This document shows positions 9,625-21,657 of a stretch of DNA of 43,354 nt, piece by piece. The DNA is from Chiloscyllium plagiosum. Lineage: Eukaryota. The DNA is taken from the NCBI RefSeq assembly GCF_004010195.1, contig NC_057752.1:3289223-3332576 (forward strand), given 5' to 3'. Both the position numbers and the translations under genes were made by a program. The notes under the pieces are model-generated. The model did no database searches and was not told the origin of the DNA. It worked only from the letters and a program-made list of their open reading frames with translations. How positions within the stretch are numbered: position 1 is the stretch's first letter; each line of letters opens with the position of its first letter.

Positions 9625-11720
9625 GTTTACGGAAAACATCCATCCTTTCAAGGCACAAAAACCCAAAAGGTCAGTCAAAAGGTACCAAAGCATTGTATAA
9701 GATTAAAAGAGAAGGCTGATAAAGTTGCGAGAACTAGCAAGCAACCTGAGGATTGGGAGGATTTTAGAATACAGCAAAGGAGCATCAAGATATTGATAAA
9801 GAAATGGAGAATAGAATATGAAAACATATGAGCAAAAAACACATACAAACCGACTGTAAAAGCTTCTAGTTATGTAAAAAGGAGCCTTTGGGCTCAGTCA
9901 AATGTGGGTCCATTGCAGACAGAGTCAGGGGAATAGAGAAATAGCAGACGATATAATGATTAATTTGTGTCTTAAGATATCTCCCAAAATTAGAGAGCCA
10001 AGGGATTAGGGAACATGAGGAATTGATGGAAATTATTATTAGTAGGAAGGTTATGCTACAGAAATGAATCAGACTGAAGGTTGATAAGTCCCTGAGGCCT
10101 GATATTTGACACTGCAGTGCATTGAGAGATGTAACTGCGAAGATAGTGAATGAACTGGTGATCTCCTTTCAAATTTCCACTGATTCTGGAATGATTCTTG
10201 TCGACTGGAAGATAGCAAATGTCACCTCCCTCTTTCAGAAAGGAGGGCATGAGGAAATGGTGAAGCACAGACCTACTAGACGACATCGTCAGGGGGGAAA
10301 TGCTAGAATCTCTTAGAAAGGATGCGGTTAACGGGCTGTTGGACAGTAGTGAGTCAATTGGGAATCGTCAGCATGGATTCGCAGATGGGAAGCCTGTTTG
10401 AATTTTTTTCTGAGGACATAACGAACAGAATTGATAAAGAGGAGTCGGTGGATTTATTGGATATTCTGAAGGCTGCAGTCCTTCTGAGGAGGTTGCCCTG
10501 AACACTAAAAGCATATGGTGAGGAAATGATATGTTGACATGGACTAAAGATTCACCAACGCTCATGCATTGGCAGGCCATGACGAGTGGGGTGAGCAAGG
10601 ATCAGAATATGGGCCCCAGCTACCAACAGTCCAGATTTAGTGGTGGGGACCAATTATGATACCCCCAGTTTGTGAACGAGCCAAAAATGAGGTGGGAACG
10701 TGAATTGTGAGGAGAATGCCAAGAAGCTTCAAGAGGTTTTGGACACAGATACTGAGTGGGCAAGAACATGGCAGATCAAATATAATGTGGGGAAATGTGA
10801 GGTTATCCACTTTGGTCCAAAGAACATTGAGCATATTTAAGATGGAGATAGATAGGTTCTTGAGTATCAAAGGGATCAAGGGTCACGGGGAGAAAGCAGG
10901 AGAATAGAGTTTGAGAAACTTATCAGCCATGATTGAATCGCAGAGCAGACTCAATAGGCTGAATGGCTTAATTTCTGCTCCGATGTCTTATGGTCTTAAC
11001 AAATGTGGAGAGTAAGTGGTAAGAGGTTGGAAAGTACAGATGCACAAAGGGACCTGGGTGTTCTTGTCAGTTAATCACTGATGGCTAACCAAGCAGATGT
11101 AGCAAGTCTTAGGAAGGCTAATGATTTGATTTACTGTCACATGTACCTAAGTACAGTGAAAAGCTTTGTTTTGTGAGCAGTGCAGGCAGATCATGGCAAG
11201 TAAGGACATACTGATCATGGAGTGAAAAAATCTTGGACAGAGTGAGGAATACAGGTTACACCGCACAGGACATGAGCAAAGCATGATTGACATGAACAAG
11301 ACTGACATTATTTAAAGTTAGACAGTCCATTCATCAGTCTAATAACAGCAGCATTTATTGGAGGAAGACTGGAGTACAGGAGTAGTGATGTCTTGCTTCA
11401 ATTGCACAGAACCTCGGTTAGACTGCAACTGAACCCCTGTGTGAAGGTTTGATCTCCTTATTTTAGAAAAGAGGGAGTTAATCCCTGGAGTCCAGGACTG
11501 ATCTGTGAAAGTGGGATTGGGAAAAAGACTGGGCCTTTCTTCTCAAGCTTCAAGGAAGGAGAGGAGCTCTTATTGAAAATGTCAAATCACTTGCAGAGGA
11601 GATGCAGACAAGTTGTTTCCCTGAGTGGGAAATCGAAATCCAAGAGGCACAATTTTTAAAAAAAATAATTGCAATAAAATGAGAGCTTGTTATTAACTCA
11701 GAGGGTTGTGAATCTTATGA
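9625..11720 (+). mobile_element. Old fragmented CR1 ORF2, with a younger CR1 3' end inserted at ~10830-10998
   Basis: Remnants KSLRPD, LRDVTAKIVNELVISFQISTDSGMILVDWKIANVTSLFQKG, RQHGF; inner 3' end GTCTTATGGTCTT at ~10985. Confidence 0.8.
11122..11350 (-). mobile_element. Rex1/Babar-like (CR1/L2 group) LINE 3' end
   Basis: Reverse complement of 42195-42388 (GTACCTAAGTACAGTGAAAAGCTTTGTTT). Confidence 0.7.
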
Positions 11721-12167
11721 GTTCTGTTCTTCTATGAGCAATATTTTGGAAGTTGGCGTCTCCTGGGGACAGGAGGAAGGGTGGGGGACGCAATGAACAC
11801 GAAAGTATGTGCAAACTCCAAACTGAGCTCTGCTCTTGTTGTCAATAATGTTGCAGAGTGGCCTGTTTCCAGTTCACAGAGCGCGGGTGGTAACTAGAAA
11901 CGTCAGCACAGACCGTGCATCATTTCAGGTGACAGCACTGGGTCACTTTAAAAATACCAGGAAAGTGCTTATTGATTGGTAAGTTACAACTTCTGCAGAA
12001 TCACTGTTTTAGATTCACAGTGTATTCCAGGATGATTAATGATGGAAAAAGTGAGGGCCTTCAGTCTTGCTTTTGAAAGCAACGTTCAGAAGCTGAAACC
12101 ATTGTCATGATTGTGTCTAACAGAGGAATTTTCCCTCATAACCTAGAGCTTTTGAAAGTTCGACATT

Positions 12168-12282
12168 GAGTCATAGAGTTGTACAGCACGAAAACAGACC
12201 CTTCGGTCCAACTCGTTCAGGTATCCCAACCCAATCTAGCCCCAACTGCCAACACCCGGCCTGTAACCCTCCAAACCTATTC
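12168..12282 (-). mobile_element. HER1/CR1 3' terminal fragment
   Basis: GAGTCATAGAGTTGTACAGCACGAAAACAGACCCTTCGGTCCAAC. Confidence 0.85.
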
Positions 12283-12748
12283 GACGTCCTTGGGAAAAGG
12301 ATCTGGGAGGAAATTATTCTGAAGATTACCAAATGCAAACCTTTCAACACTCCATTGAGTAGACTCAAATTCTTTGAATGAATTATTCAATACACAGCCT
12401 CTCCTGCAGGTATTTTGACCATGTTTAGAGGTTTGTTCAGTGTTAAATGTCCACTGAAACTCTGTCGGTGATGCGTTAACTCCTGAGTCACGAGGTTCTG
12501 GGTTTAAGCCCCACTCCGTGACTCAAACACGTAAAGAAATGCTGGCTCCCCGAATCAGAACTGAAGGAGTGTCAGACTACCCTACCTGGTGGAGGAGACT
12601 GAAGACTTGTTTGCCCTCTCACGCGGATGTGCAAGATCCCTTTTCCGCATGCGTGAAGGAGAGCAGGGGAATTTCTGCTGGTGCCTGGCCAATATTTATC
12701 CCCCATTCAACATCAGCAAAACAGATTATCTAGTCATGATCACATTAA

Positions 12749-13484
12749 GTGGCTCAGTGGTTAGCGCCGCTGCCTCACAGCGCTAGCGACCCATATTCGA
12801 TTCCACCATCGACTGTCTGTGTGGGGTTTGTACGTTCTCCCTGCATCTGCACGGGTTTCCTCCCACAGTCCAAAGATGTGTAGGTTAGGGTGGATTGGCC
12901 ATGCTAAATTGTCCCGTAGTGTCCCAGGGATGTACAGGTTAGGGTGGATTGGCTGTGCTAAATTGTCCCGTAGTGTCCCAGGGATGTGCAGGTTAGGGTG
13001 GATTGGCTGTGCTAAATTGTCCCGTAGTGTCCCAGGGATGTGCAGGTTAGAGTGGATTGGCCATGCTAAATTGTTCTATAGTGCCCAGGTATGTGCAGGT
13101 TAGGGTGGATTGGCCATGCTAAATTGTCCCATAGTGTCCAGAGACGTGCAGGTTAGGGTGGATCAGCCATGCTAAATTGTCCCATAGTCTCCAGGGATGT
13201 GCAGGTTAGGGTGGATCAGCCATGCTAAATTTTCCCATAGTCTCCAGGGATGTGCAGGTTAGGGTGGATTGCCCATGCTAAATTGTCCCATAGTGTTCAG
13301 GGATGTGCAGGTTAGGGTGGATTGGCCATGCTAAATTGCCCCATAGTGTCCAGGGATGTGCAGGTTTGGGTGGATTGGCCGTGCTAAATTGTCCATAATG
13401 TGCAGGCTCGGTGGGTTAGCTGTGGGTCACTCTTTGGAGGATCAGTGTGGACTTGATGGGCTGAACAGCCCATAGGGATTCTAC
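12749..13484 (+). mobile_element. HE1-type V-SINE with expanded internal tandem array
   Basis: Head GTGGCTCAGTGGTTAGCGCCGCTGCCTCACAG; tail CATAGGGATTCTA. Confidence 0.9.
12875..13410 (+). repeat. 53-54 bp minisatellite, ~10 units
   Basis: Unit GATGTGCAGGTTAGGGTGGATTGGCCATGCTAAATTGTCCCATAGTGTCCAGG starting at 12875, 12929, 12983, 13037, 13090, 13143, 13196, 13249, 13302, 13355. Confidence 0.97.
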
Positions 13485-14649
13485 TCTGCTGTTTGTGGGC
13501 ACTTGCTGAGTACAAAATGGCTGCTGCGTTTTCTGTATTACAACACCGTTGACATTTCAAAAGGTACTTCATGGGTTGTGATGTGTTGGAGGCTTCCAGT
13601 AGTTGCAGAAGGTGCTTTGTCAATGTAAGTCTTACGTTTGTCAATGTCGACTGGAATTACTGAGCCGACAGCATTCTGCTCTCACCAACAAAGATAAATA
13701 AGCAGGTTATCTGTTTGTTTGAGGTGCCGGTTGAGGGGTAAATAATTGGTGAGGCCATCCATGCTGTACGATAGGATGTGGACATGAGATCGCTTATATT
13801 CCCCTGAAAGGTCACTGATTTTTCCGCTTCATCTGGGAACAGCCATTCCAGCAATAAAGTTTTCACTTAAATGATACTCTTCGGTTTTCCAAATCATACA
13901 CTGGGAAAATGGTATTAGTAAGTTGCCCCACTGATTTATCTGATCGCTGTGTTTAGATCTCTTCCTCCGCTCCTCACAGACACACACACACGGCTTTGTT
14001 AGTGAGACAATTCTGGACTGCTAAGCAGCCACCTGATTTGAAAGTACAGCATGAGGAAACTCTGAAACAGTTTCACATCAGCTCGCTCCACTGCGGCTCC
14101 AAGGGACCGTGGAGAGAATTAACAGGAGCTCAGAGACATGGAAGGTGGCTGCATGCAGGGATAATAATCGGGCTCACATCTTGAAAAGGCTTTATAGCCA
14201 GCACCTGCCTCAAGGTTCTTACTATCTTCCCATCTTTTCACTCATTTACCAGAATGTGGGAGGAACCTATTCATGGCTACCCCCCTGCAGTGCTTACTTT
14301 AGTCAATTGCAACAACTGAGGAAACAACAGTGAACTTATGAGCAATTAATTGGTGTCTGAGGAAATATTTGCTTTAAACGAACATTGGCATTAACGAGAC
14401 AGCCATTAAATTAGTGTGTACAGTAATCAGATTCAGAATCATAATGCCCTCAATAAAATGACACTGTTATCCATACAACACAGGCTTGATTTATGGAGGA
14501 GACAGTGACAGGACAAACTCCACTCCTTTGCCTGGACTCAGTGGAACCTCCCCTGCCCTTCTGTTGAGCTTCTATCAGCCTTTGTGAGGCACAAATCAAA
14601 AATGAGTAGGCTTTCCTCCTGAGGTCCAGGCCAGCACACCTTCCTCGAC

Positions 14650-15780
14650 TGTGAGAGGAAGGATGTTATTAAACTGGAGAGAGTTGGGTAAAGATTGACC
14701 AAGTGTTGACGGGAATGGAGTGCTTGAGATAGAAAAATAGGGCGGAAAGGCTGGAGTGGAGGAGGTTGAGAGGTGACTTTATTGAGGTTTATAAAATCAA
14801 GGTGGGCGTGGTGAGGGGGTAAAGATGATCGTGGGATGGCACGGTGGCTTAGTGGTGAGCACTGCTGCCTCACAGCGCCAGGGACCTGAGTTTGATTCCA
14901 GCCTCAGGATGACTATCTGTGTGGAGTTTGCACATTCTCCCCGTGTCTGTGTGGGTTTCCTCCGGGTGCTCTGGTTTTCTCCCACAGTCCAAAGATGTGC
15001 AGGTCAGGTGGATTGGCCATGCTAAATTGTCCCATAGTGCCCAGGGATGTGCAGGTTAGGGTGGATTGGCCGTGCTAAATTGCCCCATAGTGTCCAGGGA
15101 TGTGCAGGTTAGGGTGGATTGGCCATGCTAAATTGTCCCATAGTACCCAGGGATGTGCAGGTTAGGGTGGATTGGCCATGCTAAATTGTCCCATAGTACC
15201 CAGGGATGAGAAGGTTAGGATGGATTGGCCATGCTAAATTGCCCCATAGTGCCCATGGATGTGCAGGTTAGGGTGGATTGCCATGCTAAATTGTCCCATA
15301 GTGTCCAGGGATGTGCAGGTTAGGGTGGATTGGCCATGGGAAATATGGGGTTACAGGATAGACGGGGTGAGGCTGGGTCGGATGCTCTTCAGAGGGTCAG
15401 TATGGACTTGTTGGGCTGAACGGCCTGTTTCCACACTGCACGGCTTCTATCGATAAGGTGAACAACAAAGGTCTTTTCCCCAGGTTGAGGGAGCACAAAA
15501 CTGGAGGGTATTTTTGAAGGTGAGAGGAGAAAGATTTAAGAAGGGCATGAGGGACAACGTTTTTACACAGAGGATGGTTCGTGTGTGGAAATAACTTCCA
15601 GGGGAAGTGGTGGATGTGGGTGCAGTTACAACGTTTAAAAGACATTTGGATAAATACAAGAAGAGGAAAGGTTTCGAGGGATATGGGTCAGGAGCAGGCA
15701 GGTGGGACGAGGTTAGTTTGGGGATTGCGGTCTGCATGGACTGGTTGGACCGAAGGGTCTGTTTCCGTGCTGTATGACCA
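14650..15780 (+). mobile_element. CR1 LINE 3' region interrupted by a SINE
   Basis: AGGAAGGATGTTATTAAACTGGAGAG..AGAGGTGACTTTATTGAGGTTTATAAAATC, resuming at ~15451 and running to GGGTCTGTTTCCGTGCTGTATGAC. Confidence 0.88.
14833..15450 (+). mobile_element. HE1-type V-SINE with ~6.5 copies of the 53-bp unit (14994-15338)
   Basis: Head GGATGGCACGGTGGCTTAGTGG; same unit as the 12875 array. Confidence 0.92.
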
Positions 15781-16049
15781 AGACTGCCAGGAGAATGGAC
15801 CATCCTGCTGGCCACCTCCTTGCGGTCCGTGAAATTGTTTGCCTGCATTAGCAGAGTCACCACACAACCGCGCAAACCACTCTGTGGTGCTCGAGCAATG
15901 TGCAGCAGAAAGATACATCCTTATGGGCTCCTCATATTCTTCCAAGCAGCGTCTTTGATCGCAGAACCCAAGAACAAAGGCTCAGCTATTTGGACCCTGC
16001 CCCTTCAGGAATTCTTGCCTAAGCCCGAAGACTCAGACTCTGTTCCATG

Positions 16050-16405
16050 ATCTAGGCTGGCCCTGCAGTAGTGAGCGAGTGCAACACTGCCAGCGATGCT
16101 AACTTTCAGGTCAGGCATTAAAGCAGGGCCCTGTTTAGCCTCTCAAGAGGATACGAAGGATCCTAAGACACTGCGTGAAGAAGAGGCAGTCACCGTCAGC
16201 ATTCTGGCCAATATTAATCCCTCAAACTAGCATTACCAAAGCCAGATTATTCTGATCCGTACCATACTGGGAGCTTGCTGTGTGCAAATTGGCTCTCCCA
16301 CTTCCTCCACAACAACAGCAGAAGTACCGCACTGACTGTAAAAGCACTGTGGGGCTTTCTCGGAGGCCGTGAGAGTTGCTATAGAAATGCACGCGTTTCC
16401 TTTCG
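16050..16405 (+). mobile_element. DeuSINE (SacSINE1-like)
   Basis: CTGGCCAATATTAATCCCTCAA..CAGATTAT..GGGAGCTTGCTGTGTGCAAATTGGCT..GCTATAGAAATGCA. Confidence 0.75.
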
Positions 16406-17159
16406 CCTGTCACTTCTGAGGAAAGCCTCTAACCACGGACTAAGTTGAGGTAATCCAGAATCAGAAATGGCTGAATACAATACCCACTCCTTTCAAGACC
16501 ACTATGACATGGCACTTTCAAAAGAAAACAAAAGATTACAGCTTTGATGATCCCACTGGAATTGTGAGGGCAGATGTCTGAAAGATTGAGCCTCTCGTGG
16601 TCTCTCCACACTGTACCACACTGAGTGGATTACTGTCAGTGGATTTGAATGCTGCAATTCTATTTTGTGGTTCTCTTTGATGATGTTATCTTCTGAGAAG
16701 TGATGGTGGACTGTGTCACTGGATTGCAGTCGAAAAGCCAAATGTTAAGGGGTCCACATGTCACACCGGAGGTTAAGAAAGGTGGAGTAGAGCTTTTTGC
16801 AAGATATGGTTCCTTCAGGCACTTTAGAAAGGTACAGTTAGTAAGTTTGCAGGTGACACCAAGATTGGCTTCCATCTCTCCTGGGTATTCTCAATGGTCT
16901 CCTGCTGCAGTGTAAGTTAATCTTCCTGCCCCAAGTCTGCAGGCCACTTCCCTTAACAGTGAAATATGGATCACTGAGAGGACACCAGTATCCAATAAGT
17001 ACACTACACATTGACTACACATGCTCGACTCAACTGGTTCCATTTATTGCAGGTTAGATTCTTAAAAATGATAGCGCCTTCATCTATTACCGGCCTGTAC
17101 TGTCGAATCCTCCACTTTATTATAGTCCTTCACACGTTCAAAAGCTTCCTTTACAGAAA

Positions 17160-17800
17160 GAACTCGGATTTATCTCACGCTGTTCACCACTTCAAGGTGC
17201 CCCAGAGCGTTTTACAATGGATTCCGCTTCTTTTTTAAGTGTAGTCACTGCTCCTACATAAGAAACAGGAACAGGAGTAGGCCATCTGGCCCCTCCGCCA
17301 TTCACCCAGATCATGGCTGATCTTTTCATGGACTCAGCTCCACTTACTCACCCTCTCACCATAACCCTTAATTCCTTTACGCTTCACAAATCTATCTCTC
17401 TTCACCTTCAAACCATTCAGTGAGGAAGCCTCAACTGCTTCACTGGGCAGGGAGCTCCACAGATTCACAACCCTTTGGGGAAAGAGTTTCCTCCTTAACT
17501 CAGTCCTAAACCTGTTCCCCCTCCCCCGTAATTTGAGGCTATGCCCCCTCGTTCTAGTTACACCCGCCGGTGGAAACAACCTCCCTGCTTCGATCTTATC
17601 TATTCCCTTCATCATTTGATATGTTTCTCTAAGATTCCCCCCCTCGTTCTTTCGAAAGAGGCAAATACATCATTCAGTTTCTGTGCAGCAAGCTCCTGTA
17701 GTGGTTAAATGAATGAGTGGATAGTCGGTTTTAGCAACACTGGTTGAGGGATCGAGGCACCTCGGAGAACTGCCTTGCCCTTCTTCACATCACGGCATGG
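17160..17800 (-). mobile_element. DeuSINE remnant split by a CR1 3' end
   Basis: CAGAGCGTTTTACA..TTAAGTGTAGTCACTG before 17255; CAGCAAGCTCC..TGGTTGAGGGAT after 17670. Confidence 0.55.
17255..17652 (-). mobile_element. CR1 LINE 3' end
   Basis: ORF MMKGIDKIEAGRLFP..TRTRGHSLKLRG..RFRTELRRKLFPQRVVNLWSSLP. Confidence 0.93.
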
Positions 17801-17944
17801 TATCGTTTGCAATTGCCTTCACCACCTTATCAGTTTGGGAGTTATTTACTGAACTGATCAAGAGCAAGCAAAGTCGTTTAATCACTGTCGATGGAGTCTC
17901 TCTTTGAGTTCCTTTTAAAAGGGCTGCATTCAAACAGCAGGACG

Positions 17945-18203
17945 GCCAGTGGGACGATTCCAGCCTCGGGTGACTATGTGGAGTTTGTATGTTCTCCTCC
18001 GGATCCTCCAGTTTCCTCCCACAGTCCTGAAGATGAGCAGGTTGGGGGTGGATTGGCCACGCTCAATTGCCCCACACTATCCAGGGATGTGTGGACTCGA
18101 TGGGTTAGCTGTGGGGCAATGCGAGGAATGAGGTGGGGGCCTAGGTGGGATGCTCTTCAGACTTGGTGGGCTGAATGGTCTCTTTTACATACTGTAGGGA
18201 ATC
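17945..18203 (+). mobile_element. Degraded HE1-type SINE
   Basis: GATTCCAGCCTCGGGTGACTATGTGGAGTTTG..ACTGTAGGGAATC. Confidence 0.8.
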
Positions 18204-19413
18204 TCAATCCTTTCCCTTCGTTTACTAGCCTTTTGTGCTCCTGGATGCCCTGGGATACAATGTCCTAATCTCATCTTTAATTTCTAGCATGGCATCCTGG
18301 CCTTTCGAGCAGGACATGCCCGTTCGAGCAGGAACGTCAAGGGCACGCGGCGGCCATGATGGGGGCTGCAGTGCCTTACATGAGAGGTCGCACATTGCCG
18401 TCTGAAAGGCTCTGAGAGCTGGCCAACTGGTACCACGCCCACAGCTAATCCCTAGGGGGCAAAAGCATTTCCAGCTTTTCAATTGTGCATCGCAGCTCCC
18501 TGCATCCAACCTAATGGTGACTCGCTCCTGATTTCAAAATGGCCTCCTGGCCCTCGTGAGTCCAGTTACAAGCAAACGCCAGCCTCCAGGAAGGCTCGAT
18601 GTGTCCCCTGTAACCCACCAGCAATTCCAAAATTCCTTCTCGTGTTAATACAAAAACTGAATTCGCTCATCTCTGGCATGCAACAGCTGCCTGAGGGATT
18701 CTAGACTGTGCTATCATTATTCCTCAGAGGAGCAAAATGTACTTGGGAAGATTGGACCAGTGGTCACCTGACGGTCTCCCAGAGCGAGCGGACGATGGTA
18801 TACAGCGAAGATTATTGGGGTTCAGGCGGCAGCTCCAGGGAAGCTGCCCAGCTGCTACTTGCTGATGTCGGTTGCAAGAAATGAGAAGGTTTGTTTCGTG
18901 AGCTGAAACTCCTAGCAGGCTCACACAATGACACTCAGGGAATGTTGAGCCATTGTTATAATTTGAAGCGAGTGCACGCTGAATGTTGCATGTCCCAACG
19001 ATTATCAAAGTGGACCCAAGGCCCTAACTGAATGTTCAGATGTATAAAGTACTGTGAGGACTCGCAGCTCTGTATTCCCAAGGGCGTGCCTTTGTACTTG
19101 AAAACCCAATGAAGGCGCCAACAAGCATGCCACCATAGCATCAGATACCAAGGTTAATAGCAGGTATTCTCAAGCGTGCCCACAAGGATTGAAATGAACA
19201 GAAAGGAAGTGGGCATCACAAGCTGTTCGCTACCAGCCTGATGGATTTCTCTGTTTGAAAGCAAAAGCTGGAAGCATTTTCTCAAGTGGAGCAATTGTCA
19301 AAAAGCCAAGCCAATTGATGTCCATCTTCACACTGTGGAAGGGACACACTCAGCTGGCATCTGCACGAGAATGGATAGGACATTTGACCCACCAAGGGAA
19401 TTTCAGCTCTCTG

Positions 19414-19487
19414 GACAATCAATGCATCGACAATCAAAACACCGACAATCAGTGTGCCGACAATCAACGCGCCAATGATCAACGCAC
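19414..19487 (+). repeat. 15-bp tandem repeat x5
   Basis: GACAATCA plus 7 variable nt at 19414, 19429, 19444, 19459, 19474 (last degenerate). Confidence 0.85.
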
Positions 19488-19640
19488 TCCTTGCCTTTTC
19501 CCTTGAGCCCAGGAATTTTCTTTCTTTTTAGCAAATTATCCATTTCCCTTTGGAAAGCCTGAATTAATCCAGCCTCCCCCACGATCTCAAGCAGCTCGTT
19601 CTGAGTCCTGACCACGAGCTGTGGAAAACAACGTGAGGCC

Positions 19641-19742
19641 TGAAGTCACACAGCACCAGGTTACAGTCCAACGGCTTTATTCGGAATCACAAACTTACAG
19701 AGCGCTGCTCCTTCTGACTTTACCCACCTGAGTCCAATACCA
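19641..19742. mobile_element. Degraded PLE family B fragment
   Basis: CACCAGGTTACAGTCCAAC..GAGCGCTGCTCCTTC followed by AGTCCAATACC. Confidence 0.65.
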
Positions 19743-20052
19743 TGTGTAACAACACGTTTCGCTCGTGGATTTGTTCACCTCCTTAACTCAGGCGCCTCTG
19801 GCTCAGGATCCTTGCCCGGACCCAGTTTTGAGCTTCAACCTCTTCTTCCTTCGTCAGGTGGATGCAGGAGGGCACCATCAAGCAGCTTATGGTTTCAACT
19901 GGCATCTGACTGACAATGATCTAAGCTTTCGTTGTGCGAGAGTCGATTTCCTGACTCGGGGACATGAGACTTAGCCATGGGACCACAAACACTTGCAGCG
20001 AAGGCTCAGAAGTCAGGCTCCGGTGAAAACCCGTTCCTCTGATTTGATTTGG

Positions 20053-20575
20053 CTTGCGGAACGTTACATGGAACATCTCTGGGACAAACGCACCAAACAA
20101 CCCCACCGCCCTGTGGCCGAACACTTCAACTCCCCCTCCCACTCTGCCAAGGACATGCAAGTCCTGTGCCTCCTCCACTGCCAAATCCTCGCCACCCGAT
20201 GCCTGGAAGAAGAACGCCTCATCTTCCACGTCAGGACCCTCCAACCACATGGCATCAAATGTGGATTTCACCAGTTTCCTCATCTCCCCTCCCTCCCAGA
20301 TCCAACCTTCCAACTCGGCACCGTCCTCTTGAATGGTCCTACCTGTCCATCTTCCTTCCTACCTTTCCACTCCAGCCTCCCCTCTGACCTATCAACATCA
20401 CCCAGATCCCATTTCTCTCTCAGCCGCCCCTGGGTGACCCCCGCATTCCTGATGAAGGCCTCATGCCCAAAACATCGATTCTCCTGCCTCTTGGATGCTG
20501 CCTGATCGGCTGTGCTTTTCCAGCACCACACTCTCGACTTTACTCTCCAGCATCTGCAGTCCTCACTTTCTCCTC
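20053..20575 (+). mobile_element. Penelope-like element 3' end: GIY-YIG endonuclease C-terminal remnant plus family A terminal repeat
   Basis: LAERYMEHL..HRPVAEHFNSPSHSAKDMQVLCLLHC..RCLEEERLIFHVRTLQPHGI, frameshift to NVDFTSF; decayed hammerhead 20449-20476; ends CAGCATCTGCAGTCCTCACTTTCTCC. Confidence 0.9.
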
Positions 20576-21184
20576 ACCCTCAGGGTCTGACCTGTTTCGG
20601 GAAGATTACCTCCCATTTGTCCTTCCCGGACTCCGCTGGATACAGACCCCAACCTGTTCAACCTTTCCTCTTCATCCCAGAAATTAGTTGGGAGAGCCTT
20701 TTCTGATTCCAATGCAACAATCTTCCTTTTTCCTTCATTATGTAAGGAGACCCAAACTGTCCACAGTACACAGATGTGGTCTCCCCAACGTCCTGGACAG
20801 CAGCAGCCAAATTTCTCTCTGTGTTTCATTCCATTCCCCTTGCAATAAACACCAACATGTCCCTTCCCAATCACTGCAGACTAATGTTTCTGTGATTCAT
20901 GCAGCAGGACTCCCAGATCCCTCTGCACCAAGACCGCTTTCCTACAGCTCCTGTCAAAGGGGGGACCCACTCACATTGTCCCAAACTATATTCCAATCCT
21001 TTAACCTATCCACAACCCTTTGTCACCCTTTTATGTCCACTGTGCAGCAGGTAAGACAAAATAAAAACAAAGAACATTCAAGAATGTGGCCAGCCTCAGT
21101 CTCAGAAGGTTCATGAAGCCTGGTGTGGTTCACAATGGTCTCCTGAATCTGTTAAAGCAAGTGAAGATTCAGTGGGGGTCAGCA

Positions 21185-21657
21185 ACTTGCCCTGGATGGG
21201 GGCAGCCCCAACAACACTCAAGAAGCTTGACACCATCCAGGAGAAAGCAGCCCCCGCTTGATTGGCCCCACATCCACAAACATCCCCTCCCTTCACCACC
21301 GACGCTCAGTAGCAGCAGTGTGTACTATCTACAAGATGCACTGCAGAAATTCACCAAAGATCCTCAGACAGCACCTTCCAAACCCACAACCACTTCCACC
21401 TAGAAGAACAAGGGCAGCAGATACATGGGAACACCACCACCTTCAAGTTCCCCGCCAAGCCACTCACCATCCTGACTTGGAAATATATCGCTGTCCCTTC
21501 AGTGTTGCTGGGTCAAAATCCTGGAATTCCCTAACAGCATTGTGGGTCACCCTCACAGCACATGGACTACAGCAGTCCAACATAGTAGCTCACCCTCACC
21601 TTCTCAAGGGGCAATAGATGCTGGGCCCAGCCAGTGATGCCCACGTACCACAAGTGA
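21185..21657 (+). mobile_element. CR1/L2-group LINE (second family), ORF2 C-terminus and 3' end
   Basis: LAWMGAAPTTLKKLDTIQ..SLHHRRSVAAVCTIYKMHCRNSPKILRQHLPNP. Confidence 0.88.

Larger units (their letters stand above)
12460..13640 (+). mobile_element. DeuSINE (SacSINE1/AmnSINE1-like), interrupted by an HE1 SINE
   Basis: Deu-domain-like CCTGGCCAATATTTATCCC..ACAGATTATCTAGTCATGATCACATT stops at 12746 and resumes at ~13487 GCTGTTTGTGGG..AAATGGCTGCTGCGTTT..AATGTAAGTCTT. Confidence 0.75.

Noticed and set aside
12875..13410. CRISPR-like array
   Set aside because: Units are contiguous near-identical repeats without unique spacers, lie inside a SINE, and the DNA is eukaryotic with no cas genes
15046..15340. 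Interstitial telomere
   Set aside because: Only single TTAGGG hexamers at 53-bp spacing, not tandem (TTAGGG)n
18809..18840. DYWGSG peptide resembling an immunoglobulin J segment
   Set aside because: Not followed by TxVTV or a splice donor, and no upstream RSS heptamer/nonamer
19825..19862. Additional hammerhead on the minus strand (CACCTGACGAAGG..)
   Set aside because: Stem II does not pair and GAAA is incomplete; at most a dead remnant
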